A stretch of DNA of 64,000 nt from Octopus sinensis (lineage: Eukaryota), in the NCBI RefSeq assembly GCF_006345805.1, contig NC_043004.1, forward strand, positions 91,140,001 to 91,204,000. Direction: 5' to 3'. Positions 1 to 12,769 of this stretch are shown here, piece by piece. Below the pieces are notes generated by a model. It searched no databases. It was not told the DNA's origin and saw nothing but the letters and a program-made list of their open reading frames with translations. The position numbers and the translations under genes were made by a program. Numbering within the stretch: position 1 is the first letter of the stretch; each line of letters starts with the position of its first letter.

Positions 1-269
1 GGTAGACAATATTATCACATCGAAAACATATACTCCTCTCCTGGATTATAGGATGGAATATATGGGATAAATTCTGAAATCTTCTCTCCACTTGACCATT
101 TTTATCATCCTCTATCGACATGACTGTCCGTTGGAGAAACACACTAGGAAACTATTCACCACTGACAACAATACATAGGCTATGTTATTGTTATGAATTA
201 TTATTAGCAGTAGCAATGTTAGTGGTGGTATTCCTTTGTTGACTCTTGCTCTGGACTTCGCCTGCCTAT

Positions 270-818
270 ATCACCCTCTCTCTCTCTCTCTCTCTCTCTT
301 TCTATGCCAGCCTTTCTCTCTCTTTCTTTCTCACTATCCCAGTCAATGTCTTCTTGTTTTCCTTCTCTCTTTCCCTTTTCTCTCTCTTTCTCACTTTCCA
401 GTCAATATCTTCTTGCTTTCTCTCTCCCTCTCTCTCTCTCTGTGGTGTATGTCAAGTAAAGTGCGTGCGTGCGTGCTCACGAAACAAGGAAAGTTTAGAC
501 CAGAAACGTGTTCGTGTTTGTGTGTGTGAAAATCTGAAAGTTTAAGTTCAGAAGAGTGTGTGTGTATGTATAGAAGAGTGTAAGAGAGAATGAGAGAAGG
601 CGTGTAGGTGTGTGTGTGTGTGAGCGTGCGTATGTGAGTGTGTGCATATGTATGTTTGTACAATACAAGAACTGTCAAAAAAACCAATACGAAACTTGTT
701 TACTCTCTCTCTCTCTCTCCTCGATTAAAAAAACCTCACTCACACACGTACCTGTACACACTCTGTCACAGATGGTCACACCAATACATAAACAGTAAGT
801 CTCTAATTCTCCTTTACT

Positions 819-860
<42 letters not shown>

Positions 861-1105
861 CACGCACACACGCAAGTTCTCTCATACATAAACACAAAAG
901 GGCTCTCATACATAACACCATTTACACACGCTATTTCTCATACATAAACACACACACGCGCGCACACATGCTCTCTCACACATGAAAACATTCACACATG
1001 CTCGCGCTCCTCTCTCTCTCTCTCTTTCTTTCTCTGTCTCTTTCTTTCTTTCTTTCTTTCTTTCTCTCTCTCTTTTTCTCTTTCTCTCCCTCTCTCTCTC
1101 TTATC
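270..1105. repeat. (CT)n/(GT)n/(CA)n low-complexity region
   Basis: Direct inspection; the source of the spurious ORFs at 236-1179. Confidence 0.9.
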
Positions 1106-3004
1106 TAAACACACGCCAGTGTGAGAGCTTGCGTATACATATTACATACTCTCTACCAATACGTTTAACTCTTCAGTAATTTATACTCTACCTGGATTTG
1201 ACCAGCTATTCCAGCCAGTTTACATGTCCATCTCTATAGATTCAACTTTCGGATCTATTCCGTTTTGACGAAGATTTTTCCAAACCTTTGTTCACCACGT
1301 CTTACAGTATTTGGGGGATGAAGATGGGGGCATCTTTTTATGAAGAAATTTTCTGAAGATTTTTTTCACTTCACCCTTCCCTCGCCACCCTCTCCAGACC
1401 GATCTTGGCCAATTGTTTTGGCACCTCGTACTTAAAAACCACGAGAAAAGTGAAAAAAATCACAAATTTTCAAAACTTTTCTTTCATAAAAGGATGACCC
1501 CACCACCACCACCATTCAGGAGGCTAATGGTGAAAAAATATATTGAAAAATTCCTCGTCAAAACAGAAAATCCAACTAACGTGAGCGTCCTGTTCCGAAA
1601 CTTCGTCTAACTTTCATCCTCAAAGCGTTCGTCTTCTAATTCCATTTGCATTGTAGGAACAAGGGGTAAAAATGAATGAAAAAAAAAATCAACGTCAGTA
1701 CTTGACTGATTCTTTATTTTATCGACTCTGGATGGATGAAAGACAAAGTTGACAGCAGCAAGATTTGAACTCAGAACATAAAATTCTATGAAGCTAAATG
1801 ACGTCAGGTATTTTACCCGATGCACCAACGATTCTTCCATCTATACATATATGCTTACACTTAGGTAGCAATACACACATACATAAACGATATTCCATAC
1901 ATGATGAAAGTCGGCTCATGATCGAGTAACAAGGGATACAATACATACACATGAAAATATGGGGAACCAGTTGATCAATTGATTACAAAACAAATGAGAA
2001 ATGAAAAATACCGACAGCACATTCACGATCAACCATTATATCTGCATATTTTAAACTTAACTGTCTCAAGCCACAATACTGCAGCATCCCTTCGTGGTCC
2101 CCCTAAAATCGCTTCGCAGTCCCCTAGGGGACCATGGACCCCAGTTTGAGAACCACTGTCCTAGAAGGAAGTTCTAATGCAAACTAGGGGTTTTTATCTC
2201 CCAGTTGTCAATATACTATTTATCTCATTGCTAGGACCCTGACAAGTGGTACTACACTGGGTCAGAGTAAACCTGGGAACAATGAGTGGTTAAGGAGTGG
2301 TTCTACACTCCTCAAAACTCTGAAACTTCTGAACCATGGATCCATTATTGGACGATGTTTAAAGTTGTAGCGGGGATTCAAATCTTGACCGCTAGATACT
2401 CAGTTAGGTGATACAAGTAAGCCAGCACAGTTTCACATGATTGGTCTATAAATCAACCAATCAGCATGAAGCTGTGGTGTGATATGGCTTTCTTGAATGT
2501 TCTGAAATTCACCCTCTTGTCCCCAATAAAACCAATCTGGCACTTAACTCGTGGCAGAGGGTTGAGGACAGCCAACTGATTCACATGCCTCACCTCATTC
2601 CATGTAGTCAACTCATAGCCCAGACAGCCTACAGATTACTGATGCCATGGATCACCTTGGACTTTTGCACAGACAACTCCCGACACTTGGACACACACGT
2701 TGTCACACAGACAGCTTTCTACATTCACTGAGCAGTTTTCCTCTCCTCCCAGTTGGTAATTATTAATTTGTAAATAACCAGCAGCAACTAGCATATCCGG
2801 CAAAAAATATTTTGATTAAATGTCTGTGAGTTTGCTTCAGTTTTTATTCATGCAACCACCAACAAGAACCATACATAGTCTACAATAATGATAAATAAGC
2901 CATCCACTTTGACAATGGTAACTCAGACATTTGAAGTGTATCATCATTGACTAGAGAACCACAGATCTGTACTATAGTTTCTAATGCAAGCACCAAGGAC
3001 ACAC

Positions 3005-3380
3005 AGGTATCTCCACTAGCGGGACTCGCTACCCTGGACTGATGACGGGCAAGACCCAGAAACATGCATGTCTTCAGGTTGCTAGTCCTAGCTGGCAGGG
3101 GTGCTTGCCTCCCCTTTGCAAATATAAGGACACTGGAAACGTGTCAAAGCCGACAGGAAGCGTCGATGCTTCCTAGGGCTATATAGCGGTGGTGTAATTT
3201 CCTTTACGGGACCGTCACATTATGTTGACATTATACAACCACTCTATCGCTCCACCACCGCTCATGTCTCTTTGAGACATTTATAAATTCAATATTTCTA
3301 ATTACAGTGACCAGTGAATAGATTTCACTGTAAATATATATATTTGCAAAGGCTTGGTAGGTGTCTCCACTAGTGGGACT
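3005..3380 (+). mobile_element. Retrozyme-like 354-nt structured unit with 22-nt terminal redundancy
   Basis: aggtRtctccactagYgggact at 3005-3026 and 3359-3380; contains the hammerhead plus several perfect stems. Confidence 0.6.
3033..3078 (+). ncRNA. Type I hammerhead ribozyme motif
   Basis: Stem I CCUGGA(3033-38)/UUCAGG(3073-78); core CUGAUGA(3039-45); stem II GGG/CCC with CAAGA loop; GAAA(3059-62); stem III ACA/UGU with UGCA loop; GUC cleavage triplet, predicted cut after 3072. C3046.A3058 mismatch at the base of stem II. Confidence 0.85.
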
Positions 3381-3700
3381 GCATATATGGGCACAGGACA
3401 TCATGAAACATGTACAACAACAAAATACGAAGTACGAGTACATGGAATATGAACTATTTTTTCGAACAACGAAAGACACAAACGGAAAACAAGACAAACA
3501 ACATAAAGAACGACCCTTCATCAGTTGTTGGCTGTTTTTCTACTTTCGTATTTCGAACATTTAACAATATACACTTCCTATAAAACAGTTGCTCTCGCAA
3601 GGCAAATTAAATAAAATTTGGAATTTTGCAGAGGGTCAAAATTGGTTACACAAACAGGACAGTGCAAACAAACAAGAAGGGCTGCTAAGCCTAAATGAGG
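3381..3700 (-). repeat. Dispersed non-coding repeat (possibly Penelope-terminal-repeat derived); related copies at about 13370-13735 and 60240-60510
   Basis: Shared end gatgtcctgt(a/g)cccatatatgc and shared internal ctgatgaaggg / ctgaagaaggg segment. Confidence 0.5.
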
Positions 3701-3992
3701 TTGTGGTGGCAAATGCATAAGTCAAGCTTGGACAGGAGACAGTCAAGAACACGTCTTCCTTGTTCCAGTTACAACGGAGAGAAAGAAACACAAGTTAGGA
3801 GAAGAAAGAAAATTGGCCGATGGTCACATGGAAGCCATGTGAGCAAGGGAGGAGGAGTGATGGAGAGAAAGTGACAGAGTAATTGGATGGAATAGTGAGA
3901 GAAAAGGAGGTAAAAGAATAAGAAAGAGAAAGAGAGAAAAACGAAAGAGTAAAAAGATTGTATAGAGTGCGCATCAGAAATTATTATTGTTA

Positions 3993-4059
<67 letters not shown>

Positions 4060-4644
4060 CATCATCATCATCATCATTATGATATATATATATATATACA
4101 TATATATCTTCTACTTTTTACTTGTTTCAATCATAAGACTGCTGCCACGCTAGGGCATTGCCTTGAAAAATTTTAGTCAAATGAACCCAGTTCTTATTTC
4201 TTTTCTTTAAAACCTGGTACTTATTCTATTCTTCTTTTTATCAAACCACTCTGGTACAAGGCTGTAACCACATCAATAGCAGTTGTCAAGCTGGTCTTCC
4301 AATTTGGGAATTTTCTTAATTGTTTTTTTTATCATTTCTGTAGTTATCTTTTTGTCTTCTTGGACTTCTATATTTCTTAACCAATCTTAGATTTCATGCA
4401 TCCACTCCACTTCATCATTATGCTCTATAGGTTGGTCTCAGATCCCTCTCCAGAATGCCTTGCTTTCCTTTGCATCTGGTATCATTGTTACGTGTATTTG
4501 CCCATCTAGTTCCTGAAGCAGTTTCTTCTGATTTGCTTCAAACAATCTGTTTTGTCTGAACTATCTTTTTCTATTATATCTTTCCAGTTTTGCTTTGGTT
4601 GCTACTACTCTTTGTTTCAATTCTTTCAATATCACATCATAACC

Positions 4645-4687
<43 letters not shown>

Positions 4688-4716
4688 ATTATTATTATTA
4701 TTAGTATTAGTATTAT

Positions 4717-6320
4717 TTTATGTTTGACTTTTGCTTTGCCTTTGTATAAGTTGGCTCCAAGTCTAACCCAGAGACCTCAAGAGACAACAAGCTAGAAGTT
4801 CATGTTGGTGTTATGCCTAGGATGCCATATATTTGGTTTTATACTTAGTGTTGTTCTAAAGAATGTTTCAGAAACCATAATAAAATTATTTGTTTGTTTT
4901 AAATTTTGAGATTACATAGACAGTATTTTGTTGGATATGGGCAGATCCCATGAGCGCTGTCTTTTGAATTTCTGCCAATTTGGGGTTTCCTGGTATCTGA
5001 GCTAGGTAGCAATCAGCCCCTTTAGCTATTATTCCTAGATCACCTATGACAACAGGTATTGTTTTAGTCTTCAGGTTCCACATTTTGCTAATTTCTATTT
5101 CAAGATCTTTATATTTGCTCAGTTTTTGGTAGGTCTTGACAGATACGTTTATATAGATTGGGACAGTCATATCAATTGAGGAGGCATGATTTTTGTTTGA
5201 AGTCTTTCAATATGATGTCTGGCCTATTTGCATCTATCTTTCTGTCAGTTTGAATGGTGAAGTTCCAGAGGAGTGAGATGTGATCATTTTCAAGCACTAA
5301 GGGTGGTTTGTGTTCCCACCAGTTTTTATTATGGGTCAAGTCCAGGTTTTTGCAAATTACCCAGTGAATATATTGTGCAGCTCTATCATGCCTGTTGAGA
5401 TACTCTATAGGTGCAAGAAAACTGCACATGGAGAAACATAATCAATAGTCTCATTTTGTTGTTGACATACACGACATATTGGGGAGCTTCTGTTTAATAT
5501 GTTGGCCTTGTAGGTAGGCATTGATCTTGGGATGCTATGATAAACCCTTCTGTTTCTGATTTTAAGCCAGAAGCCATTAGCCATTCATGGGTAAGGGCTT
5601 TGTCAACATCGGCATTATTCGCTCTCTTTGGGTATTTGCCATTGCGAGGTTTTCTTTGCCATTTATCAGTCAGAATATCTAAGGCAGCAGTTTTAGCATG
5701 AGTTTTCATGCACTTAGTTTTTTCTGCACTTGTTTCTAGTACGACTAATTCTGGAATTTGTTGTATTTGGAATTCACTTAGATATTCCTTTGGCTGTTGT
5801 GTTACTGAGTATGATGCTTTCTTGTTTTCATGTTTTGAGACAAGTTTTAACATCCAGTTTTTCATGTAGGTATCTAGGCCAGTTGTAGCAATCTTCATTT
5901 CTTGGCAGATAAAATCGTTCTATATTTGCCATAGGGTGGTACATTCTATGCATTGTCAGCAGTTTTCAGATTTTTCTGTCAAGATTACATATTTCAGTAA
6001 TTGACCAGTTAATGATATTGAAAATGTAAGTCATGACTGGTATGGCTAAAGCATTGATTGCTTTGATCCTGTTTCTTGCATTTAGCTCTGTTTTCAGTAT
6101 TGCTCTCACCCTGCGATAACATTCTCTTCTGATCCTTTCCCTCGTCAATACATCCCCTTCAATTATTCCCAGGTATTTGTAGCTCTCCACTGGTTCTAAC
6201 TCTTTTATGACATTCTGCTGGTCAAGGTTAACATTAGCTGTTTCTGTCAATTTTCCTTTGATAAAGGTAGCTTTTGCACATTTATTGAGGCCAAATTGCA
6301 TCCTGATGTCATCATTTAAT
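4717..6320 (-). mobile_element. R4/Dong-clade non-LTR retrotransposon, 5'-truncated and frameshifted (RT C-terminus, restriction-like endonuclease, 3' UTR)
   Basis: ORF pieces MQFGLNKCAKAT...YKYLGI, EHIRHDRAAQYIHW-like segment (LNRHDRAAQYIHW), NRPDII...KYKDLEIEISKMW..KTIPVVIG; the 3' end abuts (TAA)n. Confidence 0.85.
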
Positions 6321-6417
6321 TGTTTGTTTGTTTGTTTGTTTGGTTGTTGTTGTTGTTAAGAAAATAGCACATTTCTATTTTTGCCTATTGAAGTTTGCAT
6401 ACAATTTCACTTATTTA

Positions 6418-6780
6418 GAGGAAAATCAACAACATTGCCGATGTTGTTGGTCTGCCATATGGGTTTGTGCAAGCAATCCTTATTTTTGAATTGAACAAGC
6501 AGCATGTCTCTACCAAGTTTGTCCCCTTCTTGCCGACCACTGAGCAGAAAGAATATCATGTTGAAATCTGTCCAAATCTCCATCAGTGTGCTGCTGACAG
6601 CCCATCCTTCATGTCAAGGTTCATCCTCAGGGACAAGAGTTGGGTCTATGGTTACAGCCCTGAAACAAAGCAGCAGTCATCACAATTGAAGAGCCCTTCA
6701 TCTCCTTGACCAAAGAAAGCACAACAGAGCTACAGCTCAATCAAGAGCATGATCATCACCTTTTTCTGACATCTGCCATA
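6418..6780 (+). mobile_element. Mariner transposase fragment, near-identical to 26950-27315
   Basis: RDKSWVYGYSPETKQQSSQLKSPSSP (decayed first catalytic Asp region). Confidence 0.8.
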
Positions 6781-7064
6781 TCAGATCTGCCACTGATCAG
6801 ATCTTTATACTATCATACACACACATGTAGAATTGTTTAAGAATCCATGAACCAGCAAAAACAGGCATTCATTATTAATAAAATTAAATATTATAGTCTC
6901 ATAAGTGCTGGCACCATACAATTTCTTTTTGCTTTCTCTAATGATTGTTGTTTTTTTTCCTCAAATTTCTAGTATGAAACCAATTGTAGTCTCTTTAGAT
7001 CTAAGGTCTAAAGAGACTACAATATTGTCTTTTATTATCAAATAAATAAATTAATATATGTGTC

Positions 7065-7280
7065 TGTCTATATATATGTATAGTTGATCCAAACAAGAAA
7101 GCACAAAAAACACATCGCGAGGACGTGGAACAAATATAGTATTATTGGACGCTCAGGAAAGAAGGAGGGTTTAACGTTTCGAGTGGAGCTCTTCGTCGGA
7201 AACATAGTAGAAGGAAAGATCCGGAGAAGGGAAGACAGAGGAAAAAAAATCGCCAACGGTACACACGAGGTCACATTTTA
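7065..7280 (-). repeat. Dispersed Penelope-type short repeat carrying a minimal hammerhead-like motif; copies at about 56615-56830 (+) and 59545-59760 (+)
   Basis: Shared tgtaccgttggcga...tttccgacgaagagctcc(a/g)ctcgaaacgttaaaccctcc. Confidence 0.6.
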
Positions 7281-8006
7281 TGTATGTATGTATGTATACA
7301 TGTATGTGTGTGTGCATGTATGTATGTATGCATGCATACATGTATGTATGTGTATGTACGTGCATATGTATGTATGTGTGCATGCATGCATGTATGTCTA
7401 AATGTGTATGTAGGTCAATTTTCTTCCTTGCTTTTAATTCATGGTAACTTTATCTTCTTTCCATATTTATTCAGCATTTACATTCTCTCAATATACATTA
7501 TTATATTTCGCTCTAACTTGTTAATTATTTACTTCTCGCAATCTTTTCATTACTTTCTCATTTCTTCCTGTTTCCCTTTTTCTCTCTCATCAATACATGC
7601 CTTCTATATCTGGCTTTCATGCATGCATGGCTGGAACCTGCGGAGTAGGAATGAAATGGTGAAAGCTGACCTCTGGACCTTGAATTTGATATATGGGACG
7701 ACAAAGTTCTAGGTTCTCTGGTGAAATGAAGTTCTCAAAAAAGACACTCTTTCCTCAGCAGAATTGACTTCTGGAAGTTCTAAATATTGGGTTTTCCACC
7801 CATTACAGTGACATCCTCCCCTCATGCACAATGTCTCTTTCCCTTCCCCCTCATTCTCTTTTGTCCTCCCACCAACCAACAAGTGTATCATCTTTACTAC
7901 TCTTGCTCCTCATTGCTCCACATTCTTCAGCATCCTTCACTCAACTCCAGCTCATAACTTTTGCATCATCTTTCCTTTAATCTTACCCATTTTGGCAGTC
8001 TCCTCC

Positions 8007-8007
<1 letters not shown>

Positions 8008-8037
<30 letters not shown>

Positions 8038-8390
8038 GTTTAACATCCGCTTTCCATGCTAGCATGGGTTGGACGGTTCAACTGGGGTCTGGGAAGCCCG
8101 AAGGCTGCACCAGGCCAGTCAGATCTGGCAGAGTTTCTACAGCTGGATGCCCTTCCTAAAGCCAACCACTCCGTGAGTGTAGTGGGTGCTTTTTATATGC
8201 CACCGACACAGGTGCCAGACGAGGCTGGTGAACGGCCACGCTCGGATGGTGTTTTTTTGTGCCACTGACCGACACAGGTGCCAGACGAGGCTGGCGAATG
8301 GCCACGCTCGGATGGTGTTTTTTTGTGCCACCGACACAGGTGCCAGGCGAGGCTGGCACGGCCACGATCGGATGGTGTCTTACAGATCAC
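8008..8390 (-). mobile_element. SINE family C (RTE-like tail, (GAT)n end) with an internal ~64-bp tandem triplication; other copies near 14140, 18720, 20840, 27830, 28550, 29900, 30110, 50985, 61520
   Basis: Recurrent aggaagggcatccagctgtagaaac...aacccatgctagcatggaaaacggacgttaaacgatgatgatg; RTE C-terminal peptide remnant WYGHVL...GRGRPRKTW at 30119-30307. Confidence 0.75.
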
Positions 8391-11088
8391 TCACCTTCTT
8401 ACCCACCCATCCACATCTATTCAGCTTGTGTCTTGTGGGGCTACCTGGGCCCCTTACTACCATTATCTATATATTGAAGCTCTTACTGATCATTTTCTTT
8501 TCCTCACCCATTTTTTTTTTATGTGAGTAATCATGTAAATCGCTCTGTAGGAACCTTCTGTGCTTCCCTCTCTCCTAATAATTTCCTTATCTCTGAGCAT
8601 GAAGCTGGCTCCTCCCAACTACCCCGGGACTCATAGTGCAGGTGGTGCAAAAACGCTCTATAAAAAATGTTGAAACAATGTAAATATGTAAAATTTGGAG
8701 GCTCAGACATCTTTGGATATCTTATTGTGATGTATTTCTTCATGGGATCTTTTACAATAGAATGGCTGATTGTTGTGTGAATGAGTTGATATTTACTCCA
8801 TGTATATCTCTCATGTTTCATGAGAGAGGATATATGAAGAAACTACAATTTACTTAAAACACGGTCCATTTCAATACCTAACCCTGGAGCAGTTAGCTTT
8901 CCTTGAGATTCAAACCTGAATGCATAAGTTCTAAAGTCAAACTGGTTGACAAATGACACTACAAAAGTTGGCAAAATAGTCCAGAGATAATTGTTGTTGG
9001 TAAACAGCAATATTTTAGCATGTGATAATATTTATCTAAGCATTTGTGATATCAGCTTGAGGTAGGCATGTTAGTTTAACCTGTAGCACACTGTAGGTCC
9101 ATCATATCACCATACGAGATTTCTCCCCTCTAGTAACAGGACATGGCAGAGGAAACAACTCTAGAGAAAAAGCAGTGTGCTAAAGGTTAAAGAAAAAATT
9201 TAATTTTTACACCTAAATTTGTCACTGGAACATTTGAGAATTTTTGGAGTAAGTCAAAGATGTTGCCAAAGAACATCTCTTTGGCAACATTTGGCTTATT
9301 GCAGCTGGAAGTGATGAGTGCTGCCAGTTTCACATTTATTTGATACGACAGTTTTCATACCTCAAATTCTTCACTGAAAAATTATTTCTACTCCCACTAA
9401 CAATTATGTTCCTGTCTTTCTCTGTGAAGCTTTCCTTGGTTCATACTTATCATGCAATTAACAATTGTTTATATCGGTTTCGAATTTTGGCACGAGGCCA
9501 GCAAGTGCAGAGGAATGGGTAAGTTGATTACATTAACCCCAGTACTCAACTGGTACTTATTTTATCGACCTTAAAGGAATGAAAGTGCAATGTTGACCTT
9601 GGCTGAATTTGAACTCAGTACATAAAGATGGACAAAATGCCACAAAGCTTTTTACCTGTCATGCTAATGATTCTGTCAGCTTACTGCCTTAACAATTGTA
9701 TATATTGTAAAATAAAATGCTTAATGTTTTTAGTATAACATAACTGAATATAATTTCTCATTTGCTCATAATCTAACATGTAAACATAACTCACATACAA
9801 CAACCCTGGAACATAAGAGATAAGTAACTTAATCATTATGCAGTGGCACCCAGTTTAGTGATATGCACAGCTTTCTTTACCAAAGATTTGCACCAATCCT
9901 TCCAAAACCCCTGCTAGAAATTACTGCCTATGTCTTCATTCTTCATTTTTAGGAGTACAATTTTAAAGTTTCTACTCTCTTTCTGTATTTCAACTGACAT
10001 GTGGAAGTAATCATCTCTGCACAGAACCATTAGACTTGTTCTTTGTGGCATCCTGTTTCCTATAATTGTCTAAAGATGAATCCTTTTCCTTTACCTTAAT
10101 GCATTTCTTCATCCTCAGCTCGTTGCTAGATGTTAAGTCCTAACGCCTCCAATATCATAGTATCGATCTATTGCATTTCAATCTATTTTAGATTTAGGAT
10201 TAGAGTTAGGATTAGGGTTAGGGTTAGGGGTGGAGTAAGGGTATCTTTTTTCTTCACAAATGTGAATAAACCCAATCTGTTTCTTAAAGGAGGGACATAT
10301 TCATTATGCACAGAATGTTATTTACGTCAATGGAGGTAATTGATTGGTTAAAATTGCCGAAATGCAAGAAATTTTAGACGAAATATGTTACAATCTATAG
10401 AATTTTCTCAATAAAGCCAAGAGAAAATGACGTTTTATAAACACATTCTACCAGTATACGAAGTTTAAAACTTTTTAGTTACCTAGAAATTATGTTACAA
10501 AGTGCCGTTCAAAAGGAAAAGATCCCTGTTTTGTTTTTCACATGTTAACTTGTGTAGGTTAGACTATTCCATATTTCATAATGATTGCAATACTATGACA
10601 GAGCCACAGCTGAGAGCACTAATTCAGACAACTGAAAATAACTGTCTCCAATAAGACCAGCATTCAGCCTATTCTTGTTTTACCAGTTTTCTGCACTCTA
10701 CTGCTATTTTTGTAAAATGCATATGAAATTATGCAACACTTTTCATTACAATTCCCAGGACATGCATAGATTTGAACTCTGACATTGTAATCTCCCATAA
10801 CACTGTATAACTAGACTGAAAGTGCAGTCTGGACATACAGGGCCATGAGTGATTACAGATGTTGATTAGGAAGTGCTTGAAAACTTCTAACATATAAATG
10901 GGTAATTAGGGTTCACTTCTGCCATGCTTTTACATATGCAATTATGAGTTTTACATCATTATACTTTTAAACAAACGTGTACGAAGATTACATTCCTATA
11001 CTTTTATTCATACAAACATGAGACTTACATCACTTATATTTTGACATCATCAGAAATCTTCAGTGCATTTGATATTTTGCTATCAGCA

Positions 11089-11690
11089 TACAAAGGTCTG
11101 CTGAAAAGTTAATAGGCTGACTAAGATACTCTTATGGAATGTGACCAAATGAGGTTTATTTTCAGTACAATCCTCTTGTAGTCCACACACTTCTTCCATC
11201 AGTGCTGCAGTGCTTGGATCCCATTGGTGAAGAAACTTTCATCCTGTTGGTCAAAAAAGCCATCAACAGCAGATATGATGTCATCATCACTACAATAGTG
11301 GTTCCCAGCCAAGTGTTTTTTCCTGTTGGGGAACAGATGACGGTCATATGGATTTAAATCAGAAGAATAGGGAGAGTGGTTGACTAGTCAAAGCCAGTCA
11401 CATACAGCAGCCATTTGAAACTGAGGACTAATGAAACAAGACTCCTTTTGTCTTGATAACCTTTTGTAACTTCTTCAGCAAATTGGCACAGTATTCTCCA
11501 TTGTAGATAGTCAATTTGCACAATTCATTTTGTGTCCCAAAAAGCTGAGGCCATTACCTTCACTGCAGATGAAACAACGTTGACCTTTTTTTGGAGCATG
11601 TGAGGAGGGCTGTTTCTACTCTATGGATTGTCTCTTTGGCTGTGGCTCAAAGTCATGAGAACAATACTCGTCCTGGGTTAGGAAATATAT
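11089..11690 (-). mobile_element. Degenerate mariner fragment
   Basis: Decayed ...KVMASAFWD... transposase remnants; TIR-like caaaggtctgctgaaaagtt at about 11090. Confidence 0.6.
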
Positions 11691-11895
11691 ATAAATGAAA
11701 GTCAGTGTGAAAAATTACTGAATACAGGTTTTAAGTATAAAGAGGATTTAAAAAAAAAAGATTATTTTACCAGGATGTTACTAACCTTTTCAGGAAGAAG
11801 TTTTTTTCCTAGCGCGTGAGTGCTTTTGATTAACTTTTTAAACACACATATATGCTCTTAGTTATATATATATATTTATATATATAATAATAATC

Positions 11896-11928
<33 letters not shown>

Positions 11929-11931
<3 letters not shown>

Positions 11932-12485
11932 GCCCCGATACAGTACCAGACAGTGGCTCTCATGGCTTCTGATCTTAACTGACTGGAAGTGTTATCATGT
12001 ACATTGTTTTGTCTTGGCATAAAAGATGGGCTACAGCAAATATTCTGCTCAGTACCACAGATTTGCTTGTCAGTTGTTTGACCTTAACCAGTTGAGCATG
12101 TCCCTTAGTGACTGATGATATGTGCATCTCTGATCATGAGCAGAAGTCGTGGGGGAGTATCATAGCCATGTGTTGAGAGGGATTCTTTGGGGTTTGAATA
12201 ATTTACCTCTGGAAACGTGGGTGTTTCGTTCAATATCCTTAAACAACCCTTATTCAGGGACCGTTTGAGTGAGATGGGCTACTCGACCAGAAGAAAATTC
12301 TAACTGGGCCCCACCTGCAAGGTCATGTGCTGTTTATCTTGATATGAGATCACCATATCGTGCACATATGGTTGTGATGCATGTGCCTAGTATACCCTTA
12401 TCAGACGGGTAGTCATGATGGGTATACTGGGCTTCGTATATTTTACCCCAGTGTCACTTTGATGGCATGCACTGCTCTCTCACTC
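11929..12485 (+). mobile_element. ~560-bp non-coding element embedded in (TAA)n (solo copy)
   Basis: Same sequence at 17899-18439 (-) and four times at 44871-47089 (+); always flanked by TAA repeats on its sense strand. Confidence 0.8.
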
Positions 12486-12769
12486 AATAATAATAATAAT
12501 AAGTGACAACAAAAGAATGAGACCTCGATATTAGGTAAATACATAATTATGTTTGTGTGAGTGTGTATGTATGTAGATGTTATGAACGTAGGAGGCTTTA
12601 CGTCTATGTACTGTGAGAATATTGTCGCATGTATTTTTTATTTTTTATATTTTTTCTGCCTATTAGAGTTACTTCACTTTTATGCAACAGATTTTCATAG
12701 AGTCTATTGCCATTAATAGCCAACAAGAATGCATCGTAGCTCTTAGCTCCAGCATTTGAAACTCATCTC

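Noticed and set aside
8531-8821. 96-aa minus-strand ORF in unique sequence
   Set aside because: No recognisable domain and no phase-compatible partner exons found; left uncalled.
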